Shown: positions 1-12,250 of the stretch, one piece after another
Layout: every line of letters begins with the position of its first letter
Position numbering within the stretch: the first letter of the stretch is position 1
Assembly (NCBI GenBank): GCA_903813345.2
Contig: CAIIXF020000001.1
Coordinates: 49,414,001 to 49,478,000 of the forward strand
Length of the DNA: 64,000 bases
Direction of reading: 5' to 3'
DNA from: Owenia fusiformis
Lineage: Eukaryota
Made by a program: the position numbers and the translations under genes
Notes under the pieces: generated by a model
Told to the model about the DNA's origin: nothing
Database searches by the model: none
What the model saw: only the letters and a program-made list of their open reading frames with translations

Positions 1-1679
1 TTTTTCAATGAATCATTTATTATGACTACTATATTCATTCAGGAGCTGTGTACAGTTACCCAATCAGAGAGACACATGTTCCATATAGGGCAGTTCATTA
101 ACATATTCAGTGTTCACTAATGCCTCTCGCGTCATGGCAACATGAGTAATAATAACCAATCAAAATGCCATATTTACTCGTGAGAGTTCAGAGTGAAATA
201 CACATACAACATGGATGATAGTCTCTGATCGCGATGCTGAATTAATTTTTCTCGGAATTTGTCCAGGGAAATCAGCGATTCTAAATAAAGGTAAACCACT
301 CGAAAACCAGATCCATATTTTCTTATTTTAATAACTTTTCGAAAAACCTAAATCATTACTGTTTTCCGTGTCTAAATCATAGTACTTGTCTATTGTCCCC
401 ATATAATCTGCTCTTACTAGTATACTTGGGCACCATTTCAGCTCTTTAAATTGTCCTCAAATGACACCCTCTCGCCAATATAGCCATTAGCCAGAACCCA
501 GGAATCAGAGTCGCTGATGTTTGCCATATTGAAATATGTACTGTAATATACAGGAAAAATGGGGAATTTCGAATCAACAATATTTGGGTACTTTTATTAC
601 AAATTTCAGGTATTTATAAAGTGTTTGTGGCATGAAATATAATCCACATACATAAATGAACATCCAAGCTATATGTTTTATTAAGTCTTGGGGACATTTT
701 GTGCTTAGATTTACAACTTTATGTGTCAAGAAAGGGGCAAGCAATATTTCTTTGTGTGTTGGATCATATTTTTTGAAATTCAAACTCATGTTGCTATTAA
801 GAGAATAAAACATTGACAACAAATGGTCATCTACCTTCATTATCTTAAGGTTATCTTGTTCTCATTTAAGATTCCCAGCAACTTGTTTATTAACTGCAGG
901 GTATTAGGCACAGACACGTCAATTCCACAGAGAAAATGATTGAGTATTAATCTAGATCTTAAGTGTCTTACCAATGTCACGTTGTATTTTTCAAAGCCAA
1001 TATAATTGACCAGATGTTTTCTCAAGCTACTTCAAAAATTCAGAAAATTACCTTAAATGCTTAATAACAAATGCAAATCACAGCATATGTTCTGTGAATT
1101 CAAAGAACTAACATTTGACCTTGACATTGCTATTTGGGTTACTCTTCAGACTGAAATAAGAAATTTCGACTTGTTGACTGTAAAATGATAACAGACTTGG
1201 CCCATGGATTTTTTGGTAAGAATTGTGATCTTCATCTCAGTACAGGTACATATTATGAATTTATGTACAATATGGATTAAATTACAATCGCTTTGGATAT
1301 TCCTGAGGTTACATATAGTTTGTATAGTTTACTGACTCAAATGTTGTCTTTTGTGCTTCCAAATTTGCTTGTTGATGAAGCTGAAATGAACTAATGAGGA
1401 TAAATGACTATGATAACAATATATTAGTGTTTCATCTGCATAAAATTATTTTGTCCATGCCTAATGGAAAGCCACATTATAAAATCATATTGGATTAAAA
1501 TAGTACTTAACCATTTAAAACTGTGTTATTATAAAAGGCAGTGCAAAAAACAAAAATAAAAAAACAATAATAACATTTTTAATGACAGGGAAACAAAGGT
1601 ACACTAATCAATAGGAAGAATGATTGAGTTGTTTTCAGAAGTATCCTTCCCACTATCTCTTTAGACCTACTTGGGTATG

Positions 1680-1842
1680 CAGGCCTGTCAACTTGGGAAC
1701 ACCTAACATGAGTGACTTGGAAATGTTGAACACCTCCCCTCAAAATGTGGACACCTTGGTCGAAATCTGAACACCTTGATCCAAATTTTGAACACCTTGG
1801 TTTAAATTTTATTACATCTTGCCAAATTTTGAACACCTCAAA

Positions 1843-1882
<40 letters not shown>

Positions 1883-2157
1883 AGGTACGAAAAATTTCGA
1901 ATGGAATGCGTGACATATACGTAATTCGCGTGAAAAGTCCGAACGAAATGCGTACATTTTTTTCCGGCGTTCGTATTTTTGCTGTGTAGACGATCTTTTT
2001 TAGAAATTTTTCTGCAGAAATATTTTTGCTTGACAATTACCAGGTAAAATGCGTATTTGCTTGACATTTTCTGTCACGCAAAAATAACTGGCGTGACTTC
2101 AAATTCTTCAGCAAATGCGTGACAAATACGCAAAATGCGGGACAGTTGACAGGCCTG
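1680..2157. mobile_element. Non-autonomous TIR element (hAT-like CAG ends), 14-bp TIR, 6-bp TSD, internal G33 run
   Basis: CAGGCCTGTCAACT...AGTTGACAGGCCTG flanked by ggtatg on both sides; subterminal repeats tgaacacct (left) and tgcgtgaca (right). Confidence 0.85.
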
Positions 2158-2752
2158 GGTATGTCTGTCATTATCTAATTTATTGGTCATTTATTCAATG
2201 TTGTGCTCTTCAAGTACTGTCGACCAAGATTTCTTTAAGGTAATAGTGTTCTATGTTATTTTTGGAACAATAACCGTAAGTCATATTTCATTTTCAAAAT
2301 CCAACTGTCAAGGTTGGTTATTAGATGATTTGTTAGGTCACAATGATATTAAGAACTCAATGATATCTCTTATTGACTAAGGGGTTAGTTCAGAATGCTG
2401 ATGAAGTTTCCAAATTAAAGTTATTTAGCTCAGATATATCTTACATCTACATCAAAGTGTATAATATATCTCGATAGATGTTGAGTTTGGCACAGTTTTC
2501 AAATGTGTAAGAATTGTTTTATGGGCATCATTGTTACTACTGACTAGGGTAACCTTGTCAAAACCCCCAATCCCATATGTAGCTAGATAACAGCAATGCC
2601 AATGTGTAGGAAAATCCATTGAACAGTCATGGCTGCCATCTTTGAAAATATATAAATGATATTGGACCAACGGTATTTGAGTTATTGCCTGGAAAGACAA
2701 GACAGATGTATGTATGTGCAGAAATCTATTTGACCAGCCAAATGAATGAACG

Positions 2753-3453
2753 AACCAGAACAATGGCAACGCCAAAGCGTAGGGAATCCCATCGAACAGA
2801 AATAGCTGGCATTTTTACAAACGAAATATATAGCAAATATCATAAAATAACACAAATAAGAAAGTTGTCATCAGAAGAAGTAATATGCTTTTTTATAGTA
2901 TTCACATGGCAAATATGAACAAAATCGCTCCACTACTTTTCGAGTTACAGTAAAATACTTTAAAATGGTGGCCATTTTTCAAAATGGCCGCCTTCTACCA
3001 AAAGTGTCATTAGACAGTGTGCCATGCTTATATTATTCACATACCAAATATGAACAAAATCGCTCCACTACTTTTCGAGTTATAGTAAAATACGTTAGAA
3101 TGGCGACCATTTTTCAAAATGGCGGCAAATTTTCAAAATGGCCTCCTCCTACCAAAAGTGTCATTAGACAGTGAGCCATGCTTATAGTATTCACATACCA
3201 AATATGAACAAAATCGCTCCAATACTTCTTGAGTTACAGCAAAAATCGTAAAATAACGAGTAAAGGTCGCCATTTTTCAAGATGGCTGCCATGTGCTATT
3301 TTAATTTCTACATTTCTAGCTTTATCAATGTCCTATATAATTTTTTTACATTTAAAACATAATGCTATCACAGTTTTACATATTGCACCTAAATTACTGT
3401 AAAATCGGCACTAAAATGGCCGCCATTTTTAACTTCGTTCGATGGGATAATAA
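2753..3453 (-). mobile_element. Helentron-type non-autonomous element (HINE-like), internally deleted
   Basis: Same ends as the copies at 28833-33382 and 51525-52267 (aaccagaac..ggcaacgccaaagcgtag..aatcccatcgaac / gttcgatgggataat); internal tandem repeats. Confidence 0.75.
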
Positions 3454-3501
3454 ATGTACCACTATGACCTAACATTCCTAGAGAACAAAGGAGATACATA
3501 C

Positions 3502-3614
3502 CCAGATTCCTCACATGCCACATGGGATCCATGAGTGTGTACTTCTTGTAGAGGGCAATCATCATGGGAGGTTGAGACCCTCCACCTCCTTTCTCATTGC
3601 CATATATCTCTTGC
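3502..3614 (-). CDS. GLT8D1: GLT8D1-like exon 8 (QEIYGNEKGGGGSQPPMMIALYKKYTLMDPMWHVRNLG); final exon(s) with the HWNG..KPW motif not found in the window
   Basis: ttacag/gtatgt boundaries; resembles PPLLIVFY...IDPMWNVRHLG. Confidence 0.92.
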
Positions 3615-4186
3615 CTGTAAAGCAAAACAAACTGTTACTGACCATTTCTCTTTGGTTTCAAACTCAGTGCACGTGCATGTATATAGAAAATAAAGCTCCA
3701 AATTAAAGCTTTCCAATTCTCAGTTTATCATGACAAGAACTTTGCAATCACATGAGAGAACATGTTTACTTTAATAGTCTCCTTGTTACCTAAAGTGGCA
3801 GCAAAGAAAATAGAATGTAAAATGTTACTCGCAATCTAAATATGCCAATAATATGTTTCTAATGATTTCAAATGTTATATCTGAAATATCTTTTTAGATT
3901 TAACAATTACTTCACTTTCAGAGTAGGCAGATGTTGTAATTGAGAAATTTTACCAGTAAATTTTCTATTAATTACAATACAAACATATTCCATGACATAT
4001 GCTTACTCCCCTTATTTGGAGTAATTGGCAAGTCTAAAAAACACCCCTTTATAAAAAAGTGGACTGGCCCAAGTGGCCAATATCGATCCCCAACTCATTA
4101 TGTATTCATATTTAATAGATCTACGCTAACAAAATAAATAAATAACCTCCATTTTCCCAAAGGCGGGGAGGCTGGGTGGGCCTCTG

Positions 4187-4278
4187 GTCATGGAATAGGT
4201 TTGTATTGTAATTAATAGAAAATTTACTGGTAAAATTTCTCAATTACATACAATCCAACCTATTCCATGACATATGCT
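4187..4278. repeat. DIRS internal complementary region (ICR)
   Basis: Reverse complement of the outer left end (3935-3998) joined directly to the reverse complement of the outer right end (12547-12582). Confidence 0.92.
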
Positions 4279-5163
4279 GAATAAAAAGTTAAAGTCCCCG
4301 ATAAATCGGGCTACGTATACCGCCGTGTTTACATTAGGGGATTAGAAGAGTTTATTTTTTATTTAGGTATGCAAGCTACGTATATCAATATTAGGCCTTC
4401 ATTCATGTACTCGTGTGCATGTAATCAGCATGCCCTTCAATATTATGTAAACCAGGCTAGTCAAGTATAATGTACACTATTTATGTGTGTACTACATACA
4501 ATACAATTCCATGGGAAACAAAACACAAATACGTTTTATATGTTCAAAATGAGCCATTTGATTGATGCAAACACTAAATAGCTTCATAAATAACATCTAC
4601 AAAGTATATCTAATAGTAATTTTCAATTTCAATGTTGAAACTTCCCTGGTTAAGATTATATGGGAAATCATCACGAGACGAAGATCGTTCGCCTTCCTGG
4701 CTTACCTCTGAATCGTGTACCGGGCAATCTCTTTATATAGTTTAGTGAGAGCGGTGCGCCTGCGCAGTTTTAAACTTTGGCGCATACTTTAAGGAGGTGG
4801 GGACCTCGTTACAAAAGAACTATATTACCATCCTAATGAGATGTCACCCAAAGAATAGTACATGTACCATTACCCCCATCTGCTAGTTGGATCCAAGACG
4901 GAGGCTGTTACATGTCCAACTGGAGACTGTTATGTCCTATCAGAGTGAGCAGTCTTAGCCATTTAAGGGTAATGACCAACTCCTATGAATAGAGACTGGT
5001 TAACCAAGAAAGGGCCGTTTAAACCAAACGAGGTAACCGTTGCAGTTCTTCAAGGGTCCAGGTCACAAGCTAGTTGAGTTGAACCCTTCTGCAAAACAGT
5101 CGAGGCCAAGCTTCCCACGTGAATCCATCTGCAGATATAGAGTGAGTGAAGAAACACTTACGT

Positions 5164-5258
5164 CTAAAAGTTGCAGAGAGTGCCAGCTAGTACCACCGGG
5201 CCCAGCTTGTGCATGCCTTTCTCCATAACTGTCACATCTCTGAGGTAGTAACTTGTGA
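5164..5258 (-). pseudogene. DIRS tyrosine recombinase C-terminal remnant (FTSYYLRDVTVMEKGMHKLGPVVLAGTLCNF*)
   Basis: In frame with the core once 5259-7758 and one TSD copy are removed; contains the predicted catalytic Tyr. Confidence 0.88.
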
Positions 5259-5780
5259 GGCTTTGTATAAAAAACCTCCTACCCACGTACCCTCGTACCC
5301 ACGTACGTGGGTCCTGACCCAGTCTTTAAAGAGTTAAATCTTTAACATTTTTTAAACATTATTCTATCTCAATGTATGCTTAATTATGGATGAATTTATG
5401 TACCCATATGCCTTTATTTCTAGATCGGACATCTGTCTCGTCATAAAATAAAGCCGGCAAATTCGACCAAGCGCATATATTTAGTATTTTTGTCAGTCAT
5501 ACTTTTAATAGTCCTATACCTTTTAATTTACCATAATGTATATAGAATTTTGTATAAATGAAGTGTAATTATATCTATGACAATCTAAATAACGTTGCAA
5601 AGATCGATGCGCAGATCCACGTTTTATTGAGTTTGAATCTCACGCGTCATGCACGTGTAGTTATTTGCCGCCTAAACTTCCCGGAAGAAGTCTGAATATT
5701 CACATTGAAAACAATACTGCAATTCAAGTATGCCTATATCAATCGATTTTGATAAAAAATAGGTAATTTTGATTAACAAA

Positions 5781-6056
5781 AGGTACGAAAAATTTCGAAC
5801 GGAATGCGTGACATATCCGTAATTCGCGTGAATAGTCCGAACGAATTGCGTACGTTTTTTTCCCGTCGTTCGTATTTTTGCTGTGTAGACGATCTTTTTT
5901 AGAAAATTTCCTCCAGAAATATTTTTGCTTGACAATTACCAGGTAAAATGCGTATTTGCGTGACATTTTCTGTCACGCAAAAATAACTGGCGTGACTTCA
6001 AATTCTTCAGCAAATGCGTGACAAATACGCAAATTGCGGGACAGTTGACAGGCCTG
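5781..6056. mobile_element. Right arm of the same hAT-like family as 1680-2157, nested in the MULE-like element
   Basis: Near-identical to 1883-2157, ends AGTTGACAGGCCTG; no left TIR seen. Confidence 0.85.
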
Positions 6057-6158
6057 TCCTATGGAGTAGCTGTTTTTTATAGCAGGCACCCGGACAACAA
6101 ACTCCTTATCTACAGGTCTTAGGAAAATCAGATCTATTATGAATGGATAGGGTTGCTT

Positions 6159-6296
6159 ATGCCTTGGTCACATTTCGATTTTCACTACGGCGCCCGGCCG
6201 ATTGAGTATTTCGTTCAGAATTGAATTCACTTTTGAACAAAATACTCATTGGCCGGGCGCCGGTGCTGAAAATCGGGGCAAATGTGACCATGGCAT
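6159..6296. repeat. Fold-back palindromic MITE-like element
   Basis: atgccttggtcacattt...cggcgcccggcc / ggccgggcgccg...aaatgtgaccatggcat. Confidence 0.7.
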
Positions 6297-7758
6297 CAAC
6301 TAATGATGCTGGCGTAGTAAACAAGGTAACACATTATAAAACACTGTCCTCCGCCATACTGTAGCATGTATTTCTTAAAATTAATTACAGACTGAAGTGA
6401 ATTTGCAAATGTTATCCATGGGGCTTTTCTGCCACCTTGCAAACTGCTCGATGAATCTATGTAATGCAAGGGAAGAACACTTGGAATATATGTAGCTAAA
6501 ATCTAGTATACTGTACCTTCATAACTATGGAAATAAACAAACGTTCTCCACAGTTTGTAACCTCTTTGCAGCACCCTTTGAAGAAATAAAGGCTAGCCTA
6601 CAGTTTGGGGGCAGGGGCAGGGTAGTGTGATACGTACCTTTAAGTTCTACATAACTTACCTAAACAGTAAAAGCTCATGCAGATCTGCCGTTCAAGTAGC
6701 ACTGTCCGTCGTGTCCGACTGTTGCCTTCTTGTGTTCACACTTGAAAAGTTGCAAAGTTGCAAGAAAAGGGTTTGGAAACATTTACTTCCTCTCATTTCT
6801 TACATTTGTACTCCAGTCAGGAGAATGCAAATCGAAATTACTTGCACCGCAATGGAAGCCTAATAGACGAAAATAATCCAATAACGAAATATTTGAAAAG
6901 TAGAAGGATTCGCTATATTCGTTTTTAATCGCTTTTTGGCACAATTTAAAGATAATTGTGCGCACTAGTTCAGTGAATCATTTAGATGGAATTAAAAGTT
7001 AGAGTTGCCAAACTTATGCAGGGGAGTGTAAGTTTGGTTTTGTAAACTTCGACATTATTCATGGCCGTTTGATCCATAATTAGGTAATATGAAGAGTAGA
7101 GTTTTATTTTGACAATGATTTGATGTAAAACTGGTTTAAATGATAAAAGTTCAGCTTTGTAGTTTCTAGCTTTTTGCGCGTAAAACGTGAATACAATGGA
7201 CAACAACGACACCAAATCTTTGACTAACATACGTTAATAACGTATAATATTCGTAAGAATGAATTCTAATAACATTTGAAATAAACATCTAATAAAATGT
7301 GGTGAATTTAATTGGTTGGAAACTCTAAGAAATATATTTTTAAAAAGATGTCAACTTTTGGACAAGGGTAAACTTCCCGGGACATTTACAATCTGCATGA
7401 GGTAACAGGAGGCACGGATTGCACTGAATGAAGGCTAGGAGATTGCTAATCAGCACTGATGTGTTATACAGGTAAGACTGCCCGATCAACAAAAAACATT
7501 TCGACATATCAAAAACATAAATCAAATAGCTCAAAAATAATGAACATTTATGCAATTCCGGCTTTATTTTATTTTACTAGAGAGATGTCAGACCTATAAA
7601 CAAAGGCATATGGATGCATAAATTCATCTATAATTCAGGATAAACTGAGATTGAATAATGTTTTAAACATTTAAAAATTTTAACTCTTTAAAGACTGGGT
7701 CAGGACCCACGTACGTGGGTACGAGGGTACGTGGGTAGGAGGTTTTTTATACAAAGCC

Positions 7759-9256
7759 AACTTGTGAAGGTGTTGTGGGATGCCCATGAACAGGTCTTGA
7801 AGAGTGCTGTTAATGAGGCATTGGCTTGTAGAGCTAGTGAGGAAGATATGGCTCTTGTCTCGTGTGGTCGTATCTTCCCTTGTAACTTGCTTTCTTCTGA
7901 GGCATTCTTGTAGACATAGTTCAACAGTTGTTTCACCCAACTAGAGAGAGTGTTAGGGTGTACATCAGAACTGCATCCTTTCTTGAAGGGGATGAAAAGT
8001 CTATTCCTGGGTCCTCTGATAGGAACTGTGGCTTGAAGATAATATCTTAGGGCCCTCACAGGACATAAGAATTTATCTGGCGTTTCATTTCCAACGAAAT
8101 TAGCTAGAGCCTTGATAGTGATTGGTTGGAATCTGGACTGTCCTTCTGCGCAATTCAATGATTTCGGCAGGAAACCAACAAAAGGGAAAAGTACCGCTTC
8201 CAAGTTGTTTCTAGTCCATTGTATACGCCTAATGTCTATGACATGGATGTCAGAACGTCTTTTCCCTGAAGCTAACAGTAGAAGGAAAAGTGTCTTCCAC
8301 GATACGTGTTTGAGATCAGCTGTTGACATTGGTTCGAAGGGAGGTTTGGTTAACTCGTGTAGTACAAACACTAGGTCCCACTTAGGCATCAGATCTTTAG
8401 GCTGAACATCTTCTAATTTGAAAGAATGGATCAGATCAGAGATTTCTTGAGTCGACGAGAGTGATGTGCCACTTGATTGTTGAAGGACTTGATTGATGAC
8501 AGTTCTATAACCTTCAATGGTACTCACTGTTAACTTCTTTACTGAATGAAGATAAAGTAAGAAGTCAGCTATTTCTGGAACAGAGACTGTGCAGGGATCC
8601 AGATTCCTCTCAGAACACCAAATAGAGAACTTCTTCCATTTGGCATCATAGACTCTGTTGGTGGAAGGTCTTCTAGCATCTGATGCGATTCTTTTTGACA
8701 CTTGTGTTGAAAAACCCTTCTGAGTGAGAGATTTCGTGAGAGTTTGCAAGCGTGAAGATGGAAAAGTTCTGGATTTTGATGGAAGATCTGACTTCTTGGC
8801 ATTTTGAGAAGTTTCTCCCATGTGGGGATTTCCCTTGGATAGTCCACTAGAAGATCCAATAGTTCTGGGAACCACGGCTGATTCTGCCATTTTGGAAGGA
8901 TTGCTAGAGCTAAACAGTCGTGATCCTTTATCTTTTGTAGAACTAATCCTATCACTGGCGTGGGGGGATAGATGTACAGATGAAGATTTTGCCAGCTTAG
9001 GGATAGAGCGTCTGTTGCCCAAGCTGCTTGATCTTATATTGGTGAGACATACACTGGTAGTTGGTTGTTGTAGCATGTCGCCATCATGTCTAGATTTGGA
9101 GTTCCCCATATCTTGAACATCTGTTTGACAACTGCTGGATGTAAGGACCATTCTGTCGCAACTATCTGGTTTCCCCGGCTCAACAGATCTGCTCTTCGAT
9201 TCAGTCGACCTGGCACATGTCTTGCGCGAAGACGGACTTGATGTAAATCGGCCCAT
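7759..9256 (-). pseudogene. DIRS tyrosine recombinase, N-terminal and core part, interrupted by a DNA transposon
   Basis: STNRVYDAKW, LLLLASGKRRSDIH, LCPVRAL, HETRAISSS, CSWASHNTFTS. The last ~20 aa of the supplied ORF are read from the inserted TIR. Confidence 0.93.
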
Positions 9257-10702
9257 AACCGTATCTGTCGAGATAACTGTGTTCCCCCTTGTTTGTTGAG
9301 GTAGGTTGTCGCAGTTGTGTTGTCTGCACTAATTAACACCATCTTTCCTTGGAGGTGAGTCTGAAAGTGTTGAAGGGCTTTCTGTATGGCTTTTAGTTCC
9401 AGCCAGTTTATGTGGTTGTTGGATTCTGATTGGGACCAGTTTCCACAGCACTCTTTCGATATGTTCAGATCCATGTGAGATCCCCACATCGCTGTTGAAG
9501 CATCTGTGAATATTGTCACTTCTGGTGAAAATGGAGCTAAAGTCATCCCTTTCTCCAGATGCTGGCCTTGATTCCACCACAACAGGTCCAATCTTGCAGT
9601 ACGATCTACTGTTATCATCTTGTCCAATGGATCTCTGAGTTGAGACCAATTCTGAGACAGGCATTGTTGGAGGAACCTCATGTGTAATCTCCCCAGTGGG
9701 ACTTGTTTCTCTGCTGATGCCAGTAATCCCAGAAGAGACATCCACTGCTTGGCTGTTGCTCGACTTTCTGTGAGGAACCAGTCTGTTAGGTGTAGAATTT
9801 TGTCTATTCTGTCCTGGGGGATAGGACATCCCTAAATGAAGGTCCCACCGTACACCTACATAGTCGAAGATCTGCGATTTCTTGTGATTGATGATGAAGC
9901 CCAGGTTTTCCATCACCGTCATCACAATCCGTAGGTGATCTGAGACTTCCTGTGGCGATGCTCCTCGGATTAACCAATCGTCTAAATACCGGTGGAGTTT
10001 TATCCCGAGCTTGTGGAAGAACGAGGCTAGGGGTTCCAGGATCTTGGTGAATATCATCTGTGCTGTTGCCAGACCGAAAGGCAGTACTCGAAATTGCAGA
10101 ATTTTCCCATTGACGACAAAACGGAGATACTTCCGGAAGTTCTCTTTCATCATTATATGAAGATAAGCATCCCGAAGGTCCAAGGATACTGCCCATTCGC
10201 CTTGTTGGAAGGAGGTCATGTACTGCTGTACTGTTTCCATTTTGAACTTGGGAACTATTAAGACTTGATTTAAAGTTCTCAAATTGATGACGGGTCTGTC
10301 TTCTCCATTCTTCTTCTTGACCAAGAATAGATTGCTGTAAAACCCTGGGGAATGTCTGTTTAGAACTTCTTCTACAGCATTCTTTTGCAGAAGGTCCTCT
10401 ACCACTCTGCTGAAACGAGCTGCTTTGCTCAATGTTGAAGACTCGAACTGGTTTGGTTCGGTGCATAGTGTCACAGTTGAATTCATCTGTGGGATGTATC
10501 CTACCTGGATCATCTTCAGTATAAACGGATCTTCCGTTGACAGCTTCCAATTCGGAAGGAATAACATCAATCTTCCCCCTACAAGTCCTGGAAATGGAGG
10601 AATTGTGAAGATTGGGATCATTGAATGGTCACTTCTTGGAGAATCTGTTGTCTTTGTTGAAGTGCTTACCACCTTTATTGTCGTATTTCTTCTTGGAATC
10701 AC
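8569..10702 (-). pseudogene. DIRS RT-RNaseH-methyltransferase-like polyprotein; frameshift near 9805 and in-frame TAA at 9034-9036
   Basis: RT motifs RPVINL, DLRDAY, LPFGL, YLDD; RNaseH TDAS, HINWLELKAI, DN, ADLLSR; then DALSLSW...YIYPP and PKWQNQPWF of the DIRS MT domain. Confidence 0.92.
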
Positions 10703-12250
10703 GAAAATCTGACTTGGATTTGTCTTGTGATTTGGACCAATCTTTGTTAGAAGATTTCTTCCTGCAGTCAGACCTGGATTGGCGTTGGGACCTGTCTTTG
10801 TCTTTACTAGATCTAGAACTGGACTGGGCCAAGGTAACTAGTGCTTGGTTTGTCAGATTTGAGGAGGCTGAGTCAACCAAATCTTTAATTTGTGACTCTG
10901 GATACAAAGTGGTAGATGTATGCTCAACTGGTAGTACCCTCATAGATTCGCGGAAGCGTGTTGGTACTTGTTCTTGAATCAGATCACGTTGAAGTAGTGC
11001 TGAGTTGGTGAGAGTCTTGAGAATACCTTCAGTAGCAGTAACAGAGGCTGTCGAACCCCTAAGGAGTAAATCACCCATGGAATCTAACAACTGGGTAACT
11101 AGCGGATCCGTGTTGTTGGATAAGTGTGCTGTGAGTTGGGTAACTAACTTTGAAACAGAACCTATATACCACTCTGAGTACACCAAAGGTTGAAGGACAC
11201 CCCTCAAGTTCTCTTCGAGACCCTTCCAGTTTTTATTGGAGAGTTGAGTTTTAGCATCAGCATTCTTGAAGAAATCACTGAAGGTTTTATCATTTGGGAC
11301 TAAGTTTCCAAGTGAATTATTGAGTTTGAGGGGCCGTACGACTGAATCATCTCCCTTGGCTAATCTATAATTTGAAGATTTGATTCTGAAGAGTTTTCCC
11401 TTTGTGTTGAAACCGGAAGTGGCAGATGAGATCTGATTATTGATATTCTGCACCAACTGATGAAACACTGGGGGACAAGGTAATGAAGCTTTAGTGACTG
11501 AAGATTCATCAACTTTCTGGAGAGCTACCCTAGTCAAAGATTCTTAGAATTAGTGGAACTGTTGACTTGGTCAATTTCTAAGGCTGATATGGTTGAATCC
11601 CATAAGGAACGAACTAACAAGACCGCTTCTTCTTCAGAGGACTTAGATTTAGACGGCTCGTTGTCATCAGAATCCAAATTACGAGGTTTAGAATCTGAAT
11701 TTTGAGATTGTGAAATTTTGGAACTAAAATTGTTGATAATGGATCGTGAATTCTGAGTTCCCTGACGCGAAGTCCCGGAAATCCTACTCGGCGAACTATC
11801 AGAGGGTCTATTAGTGTGAGAGTAGGAGTGGTGAGACAATCTAGAAGGGCTTCTACGTTGAGAAACGGGAGATCTTGAACGATTTCGAAAAGTTGACCTA
11901 CTTACGTCCACGTGTAGTGTGGCGGAATAGTTGTAGTCACGAAATTTGGGGTCATTTCGGTGCAACTCGTTACCTCGTTTTCCCGTCTCTACGGCCTTCT
12001 TACTGCTCCGGGGGGACTGCTCTCTCGGAAGCGAGTATTCCGAGTTGTGTAAATAGCTTGAAGACGGGCTTCTACGGTCAGAAAGAGGTCTCGTTGGTGG
12101 CCTGTTTTCAAAGGTGGCCATTTTCCTAGTCACCGCCTCTTCCACTAAGGATTGGACATAATCTGTGACGGATGTGGTAGCCAAAGAGACGTCGTTTATC
12201 ACTTCATTCCCGGTCAAAGTTGACGAGGTCGAGGGACCGTTCAAGTTCAA
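10629..12250 (-). pseudogene. DIRS ORF1 (gag-like), frameshifted near 11535
   Basis: Two consecutive ORFs (238 and 302 aa), Ser/Arg-rich then helical with an LLQRD segment, upstream of and overlapping RT. Confidence 0.75.

Larger units (their letters stand above)
5259..7758. mobile_element. Non-autonomous Mutator/MULE-like DNA transposon, 2.5 kb, ~160-bp TIRs, 9-bp TSD
   Basis: GGCTTTGTATAAAAAACCTCCTACCCACG... inverted at both ends; aacttgtga at 5250-5258 and 7759-7767. Confidence 0.88.

Noticed and set aside
1579..2067. Proline-rich ORFs
   Set aside because: The poly-Pro comes from the G33 run inside a MITE
570..2650. Short minus-strand ORFs as the missing last GLT8D1 exon or another gene
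   Set aside because: No HWNG/KPW motif and no recognisable homology; frames are interrupted by stops
4280..5160. Hammerhead ribozyme in the DIRS 3' region
   Set aside because: No CTGANGA...GAAA core with supporting stems was found by eye on either strand
7700..7758. C-terminal WLCIKNLLPTYPRTHVRGS of the 518-aa recombinase ORF
   Set aside because: Read-through into an inserted TIR; the true C-terminus is at 5164-5258
9804..10550. 248-aa ORF overlapping RT
   Set aside because: Alternative frame without recognisable motifs; it may be the upstream extension of the overlapping YR frame, but cannot be supported as a separate gene
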